Shown: in pieces, positions 22,201 through 37,200 of the stretch
Layout of the letters: each line of letters starts with the position of its first letter
How positions within the stretch are numbered: position 1 is the stretch's first letter
Assembly: GCA_050084985.1 (NCBI GenBank)
Contig: JBITNC010000001.1
Coordinates: forward strand, 141,050,001 to 141,114,000
DNA length: 64,000 nucleotides
DNA from: Nageia nagi
Lineage: Eukaryota; Plantae; Pinophyta
Reading direction: 5' to 3'
Translations under genes and position numbers: made by a program
Notes under the pieces: model-generated
What the model saw: the letters and a program-made list of their open reading frames with translations, nothing else
The model's database searches: none
What the model was told of the DNA's origin: nothing

Positions 22201-25200
22201 TTAAAGGCTTTGATTTTAAGGTCCAGGACTAACGGGTTGATATACAGAGATCCACACAACCTGTAAGAACACTCAGGTACCTGAAAGGGGGCAGAAAATA
22301 TACACAAATGCCAAATAACAGATTAGTCTCTAATTATCAATCTTAATGTCTTCCACCTAGAATGCTAGAGGTAGCCCACTCCATTGAGCAAAGGGTTAAG
22401 AAAAGACATGAAAGATGATCTTGATGATACTCTCAAGTTAAAGAGCTTGAGCAAAGAACTAAAGTTGAACAATACATAGTGAAACTTGCCTCCTACAACA
22501 AACCACAAATTAAAGAAGACATTTTGACTCACTCAATGCATGCCCTATTTGTACACCCAAATCTTGGTCCCCATAACTCATAACTCTGATGAATTGTATG
22601 TTTAATAATATAATCAAAAAAGGCATTTATTTGTAGGAATCAAGGTTCTACATCATTAAGGAACGAGGGAGCGTGGGAACGCATTCCCAAGTACCGGGAA
22701 CGCCTCCTCCAAGAGGGGGAACGTGTTCCCGTGGAACATTGATAGGAATATACTAGAAAGTAGAAACATTGGAGTTCCATTAGAGAGGGAAGCACATCCC
22801 TTGCAAAGTCGTCAATGTGCAACTTTTTCAAGATTAAGAGAAGGATGCATAAATTGAACTTTCATATATGTGTAGGATGGTGTAAACTATATTGGGTAGT
22901 TCTTGTGAAAGAAATACAACAAAGCATTATTGGAGGTATGAAAGACGATAACTTTATTTTCTATGATTGATAGCAAGCAAATGAAGTTTACAAAAGTGGG
23001 CAAGAGCATCTAACATACATTGTAAAAAGGTATGAAGGATAATAACCTTACTTTCCTAACGTTGATTGGAAGAGAATGAAGTTCATAAAAGTGAGCATGA
23101 GCATCTAACTTCCTTTGTAAATCCCTAGGGTATTTTGCAAGAAGAACCACATCAATAGCAAAGGATAATATGGCAATTAGAACGCAATGTAAAGGGAAGA
23201 TTAATATTAATGTGTTGGCAAATAAAGTCTTCAAGCTCATTAATGTAAATCTTGGGAAGGGCATCCTTGTTAACTCTAATATTACTCAATCTCATCAAAA
23301 ATCCCCTAGGTTGTTCAAAAATTATCAACAAGTACCACATAAATTCTCATGGTTGTAGTGATGAGAAGGTGAAAGATATCAAAAGTCCTATAACTTCTAG
23401 AAATAAAGTGCTTAAGGATTGTGCCAATGGCCTTTATAAAGTCCATTAAATTACAAAAATCTTTAGAAGACCTTTGGTGTGCCTCCTCAATAATAGCCCA
23501 AAAAGTAAAAATATAGTCACCAATTTGGTAACCATTTACAAATCCCACTTACCTTTTCTAGCAAATCGACTTTATTTCAACTCAGCGACAATCTTCATCT
23601 CAAGGGCCATGGCATAAAGCTCAACAAAAATGTGCCCAATCATTGGAGTCTAATAATTATCAGGATTTAAATTGTCCTTTTATTTATGGATAAAGAAAAA
23701 AATATATTTGACATGTCAAAGATCATCAATTAAATTTTGCTAGTGAAAGGAAGAGAAAAACTCATCCTAAGGCCTAGGGGGTCCAAAGGGCACTTAAAAG
23801 GAACATTAAAAAGTGGTGTTTTTTAATATAGAACATACAAAGACATTTAAGAAATGAAAGAAAGAAAATATATCAATATCCACGAGCAACCAAAAGCGGT
23901 CAATGGGACTGGAGCATGCATAGGAGGTGTGTTAGCAATTGGGAGTCCAAGATGATCCCCACTAAACCTAAAAAAAAATAGCTAAGAAACAAAAGATGCA
24001 CAAAGCTATAAAATGGGTTGAAACCCTAAAAGCGGGCAGGAATACAAAAGAGGAGCACTATATCAATTGAGTTGAGGAGAGTGTGAGGACCCTCTCAATG
24101 GTGGCGTCGTGATAAGGTCTCTCTAATCTCTAAAACTAGCACCTGTATCAACTTCGAAGAAGGTTGTAATTTGCTAAGATCTCAAAAGGATAAGTTGTAA
24201 TTTGTTGCCCTCGGGCTAGGGCCCCATACCTCCACACCATACAATACCGCAGGAGTTATCCAAGTATGAAACAGTTGTAGCTTGGACAAAATGTCTTCAA
24301 AGTGGAGCTACATGCACTGTCTCTCAAGGGAGGAGACTGCTACGTATCCTCTCTTAACTCTAGGGGAAGTTGTTGCTCTCTTCATGAATCTAGGCCCTAA
24401 TAATATTACTCCCAAGTATAGGAAGTGGTCGTCTCAATAACTCTATCTCAGTAGGTAATTTGGATTTGATCAAATATGTGCCTAGAAACGTTAAAGGCCA
24501 AAACATTAGTCTTGTTGAGATTCACTACTAGCTCTTGCTTGGCACTGAAAGAGTCCAAGACATTCATCAAACATTGAAGTCCCTCTTGTGGTATGTGAAA
24601 GAAGAACAATGTCATCTACAAAGAGGAGGATGGGTACACGACTACTATGGAGTAGGCAACCTACCTCAGGACCTACAATTTTAAGATGGATTCAAACTAG
24701 TCCATGTAAAGCCCAAAGAGAATCGGAGAGAGTGGGCACCCCTGCTTCACTCCGATAGTGCTAAGAATGTTATCTAAGAGTCCATCTAAGGTACAAATCC
24801 GACCAGATAATATCTCATATAGAGTCAGGATGGTTGTATGGCTAATTTTTGGAATCCCTAATCATCTAAGTTTGTCTATGAGTCAATGACAGAGAGTCGT
24901 GTCAAAGGCCTTCTAGAAGTCCACGAAGCAACAAAATACCAGGGGACTTTCGAAACTTGGCCTCCTCTAAGATCACCTACAAGGTGAGGATGTGGTTAGA
25001 GGTACGATGGTTCTCTACAAGAACCTGTCTGTCCTCCAACTCTAAGGCCTTTGCAATATGTGATATATAATCCTCCAAAAGAACTATTATCTTATCTCAA
25101 AAGAAAAAATAAATAAAAAGTAAAACAATAAAAGAAGGATTTCAAACACCTAAATATATAGGATAGTAATTTTGAAGTGTTTTGTTTGGATATACTTTTG

Positions 25201-28200
25201 TAATGGGTGTGATATCTTCAAGCAAGATAATGAAGATATATCTTCAAGTTTACTTTTACTACAAGATGAAGAATAGATATCTTAAAGCAAGATAAAGAAG
25301 ATATATCTTCATAATTACTTTTGTTCTAAGATACAAAAGAGAGATCTTCAAGATTGCTTCTATTGCAAGATAAAGAAGAGAGATCTTCATGATTGCTTTT
25401 GTTGCAAGATAAAGAAGAGAGATCTTCAATATTGCTTTTGTTGCAAGATAAAGAAGAGATTTCTTTAGGAATGCCTCTACTACAAGATGAGGAAGATATA
25501 TCTTCAATTGCTATGTTTAACATTTAATTATAACTTCCCAATCTATGTAAACTTTGAGATGAAGTATTCTACTTATTGTAGTTTGGTTGTTGCTTCTCTA
25601 AATAAAAGAGATGGATAACTCTAGGATCAACCATTCTCTGCAACCAAGGCTCCACAAGGACACAATCCCCCCTCTGGAACAATCAGTCCCTTATTTTGAG
25701 GATGGAGGAACATCATGGGGAACATTTTATGGGAATTCAAAGGGAAACATTCCAATCGTTCCTGAGAACATTCTAGGAAGGTAGGGTACCCTTCCCTCTC
25801 AATCCCCCCATCAAGAACACCAAAGGGAACGATTGGACATTCCTCGACCATCCCCAAGAACACCAAGGCATTCCCCTTGGGTTGGGCAACTAGCTGACCC
25901 AAAAAAACAAAAAAAAAATTACTTTAACTTTTAAAAAAAACACAAATATGAATGGGGTGGGACTCTCCATTGCCCACACCCCCAAAAACCTAACTTCACT
26001 TTATAGTTGTACCCAAACATAAATCATTTCATTTTATGTAGCTATGAGGAGTGTTAGGATGCTTTTCTTTCTAGCGATGACCCTCTGAAGATCGCATGTA
26101 GGACTTACGAGCCGCCAATCAACAGAGTTGGGAATGTGTTACCAATTCCCTCGTTTGAAAAGGACCGGCTACCTCCAAGGCTTTTGTAGAAACACCCCGC
26201 CTAGCAGCCCCAACGTTGTTATGTTGTGAGGTGTGTTCGCTAGGTGTGTTTCGAGATAGGGATGGATAAATAAAAGTGTGGTATCTCTCTTGGGAATCAA
26301 CCTCAATGGAATGGAATGAAAGTTAGTAGTCTATTTACCAACGTTGTTTTATTTGATGTATAGAGTTTATTCAAAATATTTGTGTGTGGACTTAAAGATT
26401 GTATTTGGTTTTAAAAGCATAAAGAAAGCATAAATAAAATATCGTAAAGTGAGAGAATACACTTTGTGAAATGAAAACGGATACTTGGTCAAATACCAAA
26501 CGAGTCACCACGATGAAGCATTGTCTAAAAAGTTCATCCTTTTCGGATCAGTTTAGGGATTTCATCCATTTCATCCAGCTTTGGGAACAAACAACTATGT
26601 TCAAGTTGTTCCAAAGAGGAGCGGGGAGGAATAACAATTGCGAGCAATCAAATGGACGTGGTGGAAGAACGTGGGAAGAACAAGAGCTTGGATGTAAAAC
26701 TCGAGTTTGATGTCATACAACAGGAAACAAATTCAGAATACCTCATCTAGTGCATGCTATGAACCAAGAAATTATCAAAGACTGATTTCCAACACTTTAA
26801 AGAATAAAGCAATGATACATTCCCTAGAACTCTCAAGTTTTCAAAGGAAGGACACGAAAGTGTCAAACGAGCAATGATAATCTTTAAGAAACAATTCACA
26901 ACACCATAAATGGATAAACAATCTCAATCTTTGCCTTAACCACTTTGTATTAACTTATAAAAGAGTTGTGCAAGGATACATCAATTTGCTCCTCTTTTAC
27001 AAAAGTTTCACTTTTTTCACAAAATGAGCTCTAGTGAAAATGAGACCCCATGCCACTTATTTATAGGCAAAATTAGGTCAAATTCTCAAGTGTTGCCTTA
27101 ATTTCTAAAAAAAGCTTTAAAATGCTAATTTGAATGCTAATTTGAGATTACAATATCGTTTTAGTAGGAGAAAAGTCTCATCCCACTAAAATATGCTAAA
27201 AATAAAATATTTACAAAAATAGATGCCCTCTGGCATGCATTTTGAGGCGTTTTGCATCAATTTGGCAAAAATTGGAGCTTCAAATCCTTGTTCTGGATCC
27301 TTCTAACAATCTTTTGAGCTCCTTTTTCTGAATTTGAATTTGCCTTTGATGTGATCATTGTGGCAAATTTTCAATGGATTCTGAGAAATTTTTCCGAAAA
27401 AGTGGATTTTTTTGTCTATTTTTTGAAAAAAGATGGGGGGGTCCGAAATTTGGAAAATTTTAAAAAAGTGGATTTGACCCCATGGATGGATGAAGGATGG
27501 TATTCAAGGTTATTGGCAAGTTTTGAGAGCTTTTGGGGGCTTTTAGGAGGTTTTGGGAAAGATTTGAAGTTTTTGGCAAAATTTTCGATTTTCATGTCTG
27601 GATTATTTTGCTAGAAAAAAGTGAAAATTTCAATAGGAATGACAAATGCCTCCTAAATTTTTGAGCACTTTAACTTGCTCAAATTTGAAAACTTGCAAGT
27701 TTAAAGTTGCTAAGAATTCCATTTTCCATGCAATGAAGGCAAAATTTTCGAATTTTGAGCAAAATTTGAAATTCTCCTCAAGTTAGGCGCTAGTTTTCAT
27801 CTCATTGGAATTCCATTCACTTGGAAAACTGCGCCTAGCCTTTTGGTCGCTTTAATTTGCTCAAATTGAAAATATGAAGTATTAAATGTGCTTGGAATGT
27901 CTTTCTCCATGCAATGAAGGGGTCCAACTTGACTTTTGAGTGAATTTGCACTTATCTCTCCATCTTAAGCGCTAATTTTCAGTTCTATGGATTTGTAATG
28001 AGATGAAAACCTGCGCATAGCTGCTAGAGGCATTAAATGAGCTCAAAATCACTTTTTTATAGACCTAAATGTGTTTTAAATGGCATTTTCCATGCAATGA
28101 AGTGCTCACATATGACTTTTGGACCAAATTTGTGAATTCTTGGCAACTTAGGCGCTAGATTTCAGCCCTATGGATCTTCAAACAGCCTCAAACCTGCACC

Positions 28201-31200
28201 TAGATATTTGTGCCCCCAAACTTGCTCAAAAATGAAATTTTTCAAGTTTAAATGTGCTTAGAATGGGGTGTTTTACCCATTTATGCCTTCAAATTTGGTT
28301 TTTGGTGAAAAATCCATCTTCCTCTTTGACTTAGACGCCAAAAAACACTCCATTGGAATTCCATTGGTATGAAAACATGCACCTATGCTTTTGAGTCATT
28401 TCCCTTGCTCAAAAGTGAAATTTTGTAGACCTAAACCTTCTTGAAATGCCCTTTTTTTTGCTCACAAACCTTCAAACTTGAGTTTTGGACAATATTTACC
28501 TTATTTCCTCATGCTAGGTGCCAAAATTCATTCTATTGGATTTCCATAGCCTTGCAAACCTGCGCCTAACCTTTAGAGTGCTCAAATGTGCTCAAAATCA
28601 GAAATTTTAAGACCTAAATGTGCTTACAATCATGTTTTCCTTGGTCCCAAGCACTTAAACTTGATTTTTGGTCAAAAAACATTCCATCTTGTCATCCTAG
28701 GTGCCATTTTTCACTCCATTGGAATTGGAAAACTCTAGAAACTTGCGCCTAGCATTCTGGAGGTCTTTACTTGCTCAAAATCAAAAAATTTGAGACCTAA
28801 TGTGCCTTAGAACCATTATCTCCACTCATTCATGCATTTAGATTTCATCTTCTATGCATTTTCATTTTTTCTCCACTTCTTAGGCGCCAAAATACACTTC
28901 TATGGATTTCCCATAGGCTTGAAAAACTATGCCTAGCCTTAGAGTGCCTTAGACTTGGCCAAAATCAAAAATTGAGTCTTAAACATGATAGAATTCACAT
29001 TATCTCTCTGAATACGCTCTTAAACTTGAATTCCGATGCCATTTGCATTTATCTTTGAGAAACGTGAACCATTTTCCCACACTTGGGTTTTCAATACCTT
29101 GGGAAAACATGCCTAGGGCTAAGGGTACTCAAACTTGCACTTTAGATTCATTCCGAACTCAATCTATGCATTTATGGCCACTCCTGGCGTTTCCAAGTTC
29201 AAACTCAATCAAAACGCCTTTTTCGACACCTCCGAGCTCAAACTCTGCATTTTCAATTATTTCCATGCTCAAATGGTGCGAAAACGACCATTTCCACCTT
29301 TCGGGGCTCAAAGTTGTCATTTCCGGCATTTCCAAGCTCAAAGTATTCAATTCCGCCCATTTCCAGGCCCTTAAGGTGAAAAAATGACCTTTTCCAGCAT
29401 TTTTGAGCATTTCTGGCCATTTTGGGCTCAACTCATCACTTTTGGTCATTTCCAAGCTTTCCAAACTCAAATCGTGCAAAAACGCACTTTTTTACCATAC
29501 TGGCCATTTTTCGGATCAAAAGTGACAAAAACGCACTTTTCTACCTTACTTGCCCTTTTCCAGTTCTCCAAGGTCAACTTTGGCAAAAAAATCAATTTTT
29601 GCCATCCTTGTCATTTTCAAGGCACCCGAACTTAAACTCTACAAAAATGCTCATTTTCGTCATATTTGGCATTTGTGAGCTTACCACTCTGAAAGATGAC
29701 CCCATCTCTATTGACTGCACTCTAGACCCAAAAATCCATGCTCTGATGCTATCTCTCAAATCCTGGCTCCTGGGCTCCAAAACTGGTGACTGGATACTCT
29801 GACACGCTTCGGGGTCTTCATCGCAAAATCTCCTTCAACTGCTCCCTAATATCATGTTTGCACTCTTCAGAATGAATTATCTGTCACCCAAAAGCCAATC
29901 TCAAAGCAATGCACCTAATTGCCTTTGCAAAAAAAGGGTCCCCAAGATGTTGCATCTTGGGGTGTGTTGTGTGAGCACAACAAGGAGAAAAAAACATTAG
30001 TGAGAAGAGAAACTCATTTCATTTTGTACTAGACTTTAGTATTTTACATTATGATAGACTTTTTAGTGTTTTACAGTTTTACTTTTACTAGACTGATCTA
30101 TGATCTATCATTATGACATTATCTACTAGACTGATCTATGCTCATAATTAATTTTGATATTATGATTCATACATGATGACTTATATTGATGATTGATGTC
30201 TAACTTGAAATTTGAGTTCCAAGTTTTGTATACATTATTAAATTGATAAATATTAAATAATAATGAGTTTAAAACAATGAAATATCAAAAATCTAAAAAA
30301 TTCTAAGAATTTTATTAGTATTATACTTGTCGTTCCCCAAAAATGGCCCTCCCCGTACCCCCATTTCCGGATACACCTTTTCCCATTCTCCCATTTCCCG
30401 ACCTTGTGGAACCTTGTTTGCAATCAATTACACCTTGGAAGATCTGAAATTTGTATTATAAAGAACACAAGCCAAAAAACATAGTAAGTGCCCTAACCAC
30501 ACCTTCATAACTCCAAAGATCTGCATTAGTTACAATTTCCCCGATGGTGCATGATTTTTTAGTACCTTTTCCTCATCTAGATAAAGTAGTTTATAATATA
30601 ATCTCCCACATACGAATATCGCAACCTCTTTATCAATTTTTTGGGCATATTAGATTATTCATTATACAACATGGTTTCTTGTGCATCCAATCCTAGACAA
30701 GTTCTATGTTTACAACCTTAGGTTGGCATGTGCTTCAAAAAGGCCAAGCATGTCAAAGATTCACTATCATAGGAGAGAATGCTTTATGTTAGTCACACGA
30801 GGAAGTGCCCCTTAGTTAGTGTCCTCTAGTATTGACCTCCAATGGCATTATTAATAATATAATGCATTGCATATCACTTTCCTTAGAACTCACTACCCAT
30901 GAGACAATATATATCATATATGTTATATTGACATAAAATCTAGGGCACATACAATGATAATATTTGTAGAGTTGTAAGGAAAAATGTAAGGATAGTGGTG
31001 AAATCCAGCTAGAGCTCGTAGGGGTCAGCGTTATACTCTTAGGGGTATGGAACAAAGATTGGTGAACTAATTTCACCAATTATTTATTTAGGCTCAAAGG
31101 TGCTAAGAATGATCCTCTTACACCCATTGAATGATGGCATAAGGTTGAAACCATATGTAAGCCCTTAAATATTATTAACGACAAATAAAACAAATGGCAC

Positions 31201-34200
31201 TGCTATTGAAGTGTATTCTCTATGGAAAGTTTGAAATGGATATAATCCTTTCCCTAATGGAGTTAAAGGTTGTCTCTCCCGTAGATTTACATTTAGGCGT
31301 TGTTTAAGCATACCAACTCTTCCATAATATAGGTGTTTAGTGTTTTGTGTAATCAATCTAAAAGTTGATCCTCTAACACTTAGTTTTCTTATATTTCTCC
31401 TTATTTCATTTGGCAAGAAGAAGCAAAAGGCTAGGGGAGAGACAATTTGAATAGTCAATCAATCTTAATCATTGTACAATGGACTTGCCATATGAGACAC
31501 AATAATGGTGGTGAATATTTGAAGAGACAAAATTTCCTACAAAGGAGAATAAGCCAAGGAGTGGGACTTGCATTTTGTACATCTTTTGATGCATGGATTT
31601 ACACTCATTATCATATCAAAAAATCATTGGACAAAAGCTAAACACGCAAGTATGCTTAGACTTGTGAGGATATGTTGGAAGACGTCAAGGATTGACTTCC
31701 ATGATGCAAGAGTTGAGAGTTAATATTTAACAATTGTTGTGGTGAAGCAAAGAGACTAGTTCACAAAACATAAACAAGAAAATGAGAGTATAATTGTTAG
31801 CTTACAAGGTATCAATAACAATAATTATGTCAATAGAAGGAAAAGGAAAGACAAAGAGATAGTTAGTAATCAAAATATAAACTAGAAAACAAGGGTGATA
31901 ATATTGTTAGCTTACAAGGTATAACATAAATTGAAGGATGCTAGATAAATAATATCTACAAGGGAAAGGAGAGAATGATGAATATGAAATATATGGCTAT
32001 GAGAAATCAAAGGCCATCTTGTAGGGACATAATCAACTACACTCATCCTCACCTATGGAAAGTGAACCCAAAAGACTTAGGAAAACACGGAAGTCCACTA
32101 AGAAATAGAAGGCCATTCAACTCAAGTGCAACAGATGTTTTCTTTCCACCTTAACCAAGTTCATCTCATCTACAAATTATCCATGCAATGCATGGTCCTC
32201 AAAATCAATCTCAAAAAGGCAAAGAACATCTTCCAGATAATCATTTAAAGGTGCCTAGTGGATCCAAGTGAGGACACTAAAGTCACCGATAAGGATGATG
32301 TCGCTCAAAGATAAGTATATGCCAATCTCCAAGAAAAAATATAAATGCATGTCACTATTAGAACAAATAATAATAACAAATAAGCTAAAGGAAAGTAACA
32401 AACAAAGAAAAATTCCTTTAGGAAACCCTTTTTACACAAAACTCTACACATTTAAAATGTACATTAAATGCCACCAAAGTCACTTGAAAGCAAAGAACAT
32501 CATATGAATGAGGCAAGCTACAGTGCAAATCACTTTGCACCCAATAACAAGAGGAAGGCCATGCCCAAAACTCATGATTTTTGGTCAAGAAGATAAGGTT
32601 TGTGATTATGCATCTAGAAAGTGCTTGATGATAGCCTCGTTACACTTCCAAAAGGTAGCAAAGATGTAATTGCCTACTAGGACCTGCATAACCCTTCATT
32701 TGTATGCCTCCTTACAATCTCACAAAGCCTACCTCTAAAGTAAGATGATAAAATATGACAAATATCCAAGAATACACATATAGTCAAAACTCATTCCTTG
32801 CATCAATGTTAAAGGTCAAACTTCACTAGTCCTTGTTTTTATGTTTTGCTTTTTGAAAAGCAAACACTTGTATCACATATGCCAAAAAGAATGACAAAAA
32901 AAATTAAGCAAAGAAGCTATTTCTTCTCAAATAAGAAAAATGAGATAACAACCTATTGTACCACAAAGTCAAAATCTACTTTCTACTTTTTAAACAAAAA
33001 TAGTGTTCCACAAAGTTGAAACCTAACACTAACTTGTTGGACCTTGGAGGGGCATAAAATTGGAATGCATACCAAAGGTCTTGTCATTACTTTTGGTTGT
33101 ATGGACAATTCGAGCAGAGTTAGACGTGTCCTACACCATGCTTCATGCAAAAGACAACATGGGAAATCCTATGGGCATGCGACAATAGTGTGATCCTGCA
33201 AAATAACATAAGAGATTTTGAAAAGGTTGGTTCTTTTGAGGAAGAACAAAATCCTAATCTAGAAGAAGGAAAGAGGTAAGGAAATTACTTTGAAAGAAAA
33301 TCCTACTCTAAAGAGACAATGTGTCCAAAGGAGGACTAGATTAGTGCATGAATCACTAGGAGCCATTCAGAGTGAACACACCCTCATGCCACTACATTCA
33401 ACCTTCATGTGGCTAACAACGACCATGAGTAATGAGATTAGATACTAGACGTAACTCTTCATGTACTGACTCTCAAAAACCACAGAGCAAACAAAAGCCA
33501 CTACAAGGACAAGGTCCATTTTTTAGACACGCCTCGCTATAGGGTAACTTTTATTGCAGAAAATCTAAATAGCTAACACATGACCTTTACGCAACTCATA
33601 TCAACTCTCAGAAGCATAGAGAAAACAAAAGCAACAAGAAGGATGAGGTCTTTTTAGAGATACCTCCGTAAAATTAACTTTTATTGTAGAAAGTATGAGT
33701 ATTAAATTGGCATGGCTTGAAGGCTCGATGTTACCTAACCTAATCAAGGCTTGAAAACAAAACAAACAAGAAGTGTAAGAAAAATCTATTGGCCATGGCA
33801 TTAGAATATTGTGATTTTACAAAATTCTTCAACCCTAACAATGGGTGAAGTTTTACAATTTAAAGGCATCATCATCTAACTGAACATTAATGGTGAGATG
33901 GCACCATTTCCCACTACACATTTATTTACAAAGCCCTTGATTGTGCAATAGGTCTTCTATTCATTTTCATTCAAGTAGTTTCTTGCAAGTTTTTCCCAAC
34001 ATAGTCTAAATTAGACCTTCCAACCTTATCAATTACAAATGTCGTATAAATGTTTATGACCAGTCTTTTGTAAGTTACATGATGACCATCTTTGATCTAA
34101 GCAACTTGTCCAGAGATATCTCGTTGAAGAAACAATGGAGTGGTTGGGAGGATTGAGAATGTCCAAAGATATTTGAGGAGCACACTTTTCGTTGTCCTTT

Positions 34201-37200
34201 ATTTAATGTTGAGTCTTCGTTTGAACTATGACAAGTGGGAAATTGGTTGTTTGATCGATTGGGTTCCTTTTGTTGGATGATAAGTTGAGCTTTGTGAAGC
34301 ACTCTTGGTAATTTCTCTTTAGGTTTTATAGATAGTTAGATGATCTAGTAGATCAACAGCTCGTGCTTTACTTTGGATGGAGATTGTTGAGTTGCACTTC
34401 TACTTGTTTCATGGTGGGCGGTGGGCCCCTCTTTCTTTTGGTCTGCCCTTCTCAAAGTTGTCTCCTCTTTTCCTTTGTTGTTAGCAGTTACCATTGATTG
34501 GTTAGCATCTTTTTTGCTTCCTCGGGTTCTCTTACTTTTGTGATTAGCATTTGTTGTTGATCGAAGGAATCAACTATCAATACTCTTTCGAAAACTTTAC
34601 CTTGCTTTCTTTTTATTTTAGTGCTCACCATTGATTTTGCAACTAATGAAGGACACTTTTCTAAGATATTGCCCTTTCTTCCGACTTTTAACTCCTCTAG
34701 ATTGAAAACCCTCGTGGGGATAAGAAGTGGGAATGCTAATCATACATGATAGTTGTGTTTGATAGCTAGTGCTCCCTTCTTAGCCACTTAATGTAATTGT
34801 ATCCTTTCAACTTGTGTGAAAGAATTTCACTACAGGTCCTATACAGTTACACACTACCTATAAGACCAAAACAACCAATCAAGAAAAATTATCCTCCAAT
34901 AGATGGTTAATAAACAAAACTATTAAAGCCATAGTCTCTCATTTTTCAAAAACCTCACAACATTGAAACATTTTACAAATAAATCCATTCAATACTTTGA
35001 AATCAAAAATGAAAGAACTAACACTAACAAAATTCCTAAACAACCAAGATCTCTTGAAAACTCACAATACACATCTAACAAACTCACAAATAAGCTCACA
35101 AAGTAACTCAAGATGTAAAGTGGTTCTTCCAACTAGGAGTACATCCACTAACTAAATATTTACTTCAATCACAAATACAACTCTCTTACAATCCTCCTAA
35201 TCTCAACACCTACACTTCTATCCTATAGCATAACTTTACTCCACAAATTGGTGTGATCATAAAGAGTGAGCCTTCTATTTATAGGCCAAAATCTCTCTTT
35301 GGATCATCCTTTTATCCAATGTACAAAAACATCCTTTTACCCAAGAGGCATGCTCATGACATGGAGTGTAAAACAAGTTACATTATCATATTCACTTAAA
35401 TACTTAAGGTATCAAATGATACCCTTAAGTATTAGTGAATTTACTTAAAAGATTTAATACAAACCTTTACAATAATGCATTATACATTCTAACACTCCCC
35501 CTTAATGCAATATTGGGATAGAACGAGTAAGAGAAAAGAAGAAGAGAAAGTAAGAGAGTTCTCCAAACAAATACAATGAAGATGAAAACTTTTTACATAT
35601 TTGTGAAGTAAGAAAGATCTAGTTTGAGACTCACTACTTTGCCAAATACAATCATTAACCACAACCGATTTCAATATACATGAAGTAGTCATCCAACTGG
35701 AAGTCATGAAGAGTTTCGAAGAGCTGCATACTTGAGGTAAGTAACCTGCAATCTCAAAGGAACCTGCAAGTCATAAGCAGCTCAAATAACAAGATCAATT
35801 AGATGCATCATATTCATATCAACAAGCATAGATGAATCACACAAATGCCATCATGAACTGATCAATGGTGCACTATAAGTCATCACGAAGATGCCATGCC
35901 AAAAACTTATAGTCACCTGCTGTATATAAAACATGTGTTGATTATCATTACAAAATAGAACATGCACATACAAGTTCCTTACATATGGATAACTGAACAG
36001 TGCCAAAAGACACATAAGAGCTCTTCACACATGGATAACTCAACAGTGCTAGATTGACCAAAAATAAAGTATGCACATACGAGTTCCTCACACATGGATA
36101 ACTGAACAGTGCTAGATTGACCAAAAATAAAGTATGCGCATACGAAATCCTCACATATAGATAACTGAACAGTGCCAAAAGACACATAAGAGTTCCTCAC
36201 ACATGGATAACTGAACAATGCTAGATTGGCCAATTTGTACAAGTTCCTCACGCAAAGCAAACTTACCACGAAGGTGTACAACAAAATCAACACTATACAA
36301 CATAAAATCTCTTAGGGGTGAAGTTGTCATCACAGACATGAATTCAACACAAGAATTCAAACTTTACTCCTCTTTGAGGGCAACTTCACCAACCTGATAG
36401 CATCCCTAAGCTTACAAAACATAACTTCCGAGAGGGGCTTGGTGAATAAATCAACAAAGTTCAAAGTGGATGGACAATACTCCAGGTGTATGATGCCATC
36501 AAGAACCTTCTCTATGATAAAATGGGCATGGATTTCCACATGTTTTGTTCTCTGATGGAACACTGAATTCTTAGCCAAAGAAATAACCGAATGATTGTCT
36601 GAAAAGATCAAAGATGAGCCACCTTGCTCATACCCAATTTTTTTCAAAAGATGCCTTAACCAAATGGCTTCCTGACGTGCAATAGACAATGGCACGATAT
36701 TCGGCTTCTGTGGTGGAAAGAGAAACAATAGGTTGCTTCTTGGAAGCCCAAAAGATAGCACCTGAACCAATGCTAAACACATATGCAGAGGTTGACTTCC
36801 TATCATCTTTATCTCCCCCATAGTCAGAATCTGAGAATCCAGAGAGAACAAATGAGAGCAACTTGGAATACTTGAAAGCAAGATCCTTAGTCCATGCAAC
36901 ATACCTCAAGATTTGCTTAACAGCATTGAGGTGCTCATCATATGATTTTTGCATGAATCGTGCCATCAGATTCACTGCAAAGGCAATATCTGGCCTAGAT
37001 ATAGTCAAATACAAAAGACTACTAATTAATTACCTATAAGTTGTAGCATCAGCTAACTAAGAGTTGGAGCTTAGAGAAACAGTGATTCCAAAAGAGACTG
37101 AGATTGCAGCATATCTACACTCCTCCATTCCAAATTTCTACAAAATGTCTGATATATACTTAAATTAACTGAAGTAAGTACAATCCTTGTATTGATACAC

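Larger units (their letters stand above)
25645..30416. mobile_element. Non-autonomous hAT element (~0.84 kb) split by the solo LTR
   Basis: TIRs CAAGGCTCCACAAGGAC / GACCTTGTGGAACCTTG (15 of 17 match); 8-bp TSD TCTGCAAC / TTTGCAAT differing by two C/T changes. Confidence 0.8.

Noticed and set aside
22641-30416. One large hAT element from 22641 to 30416
   Set aside because: The flanks do not form a TSD; the left end at 25645 gives a better TIR and a matching 8-bp TSD.
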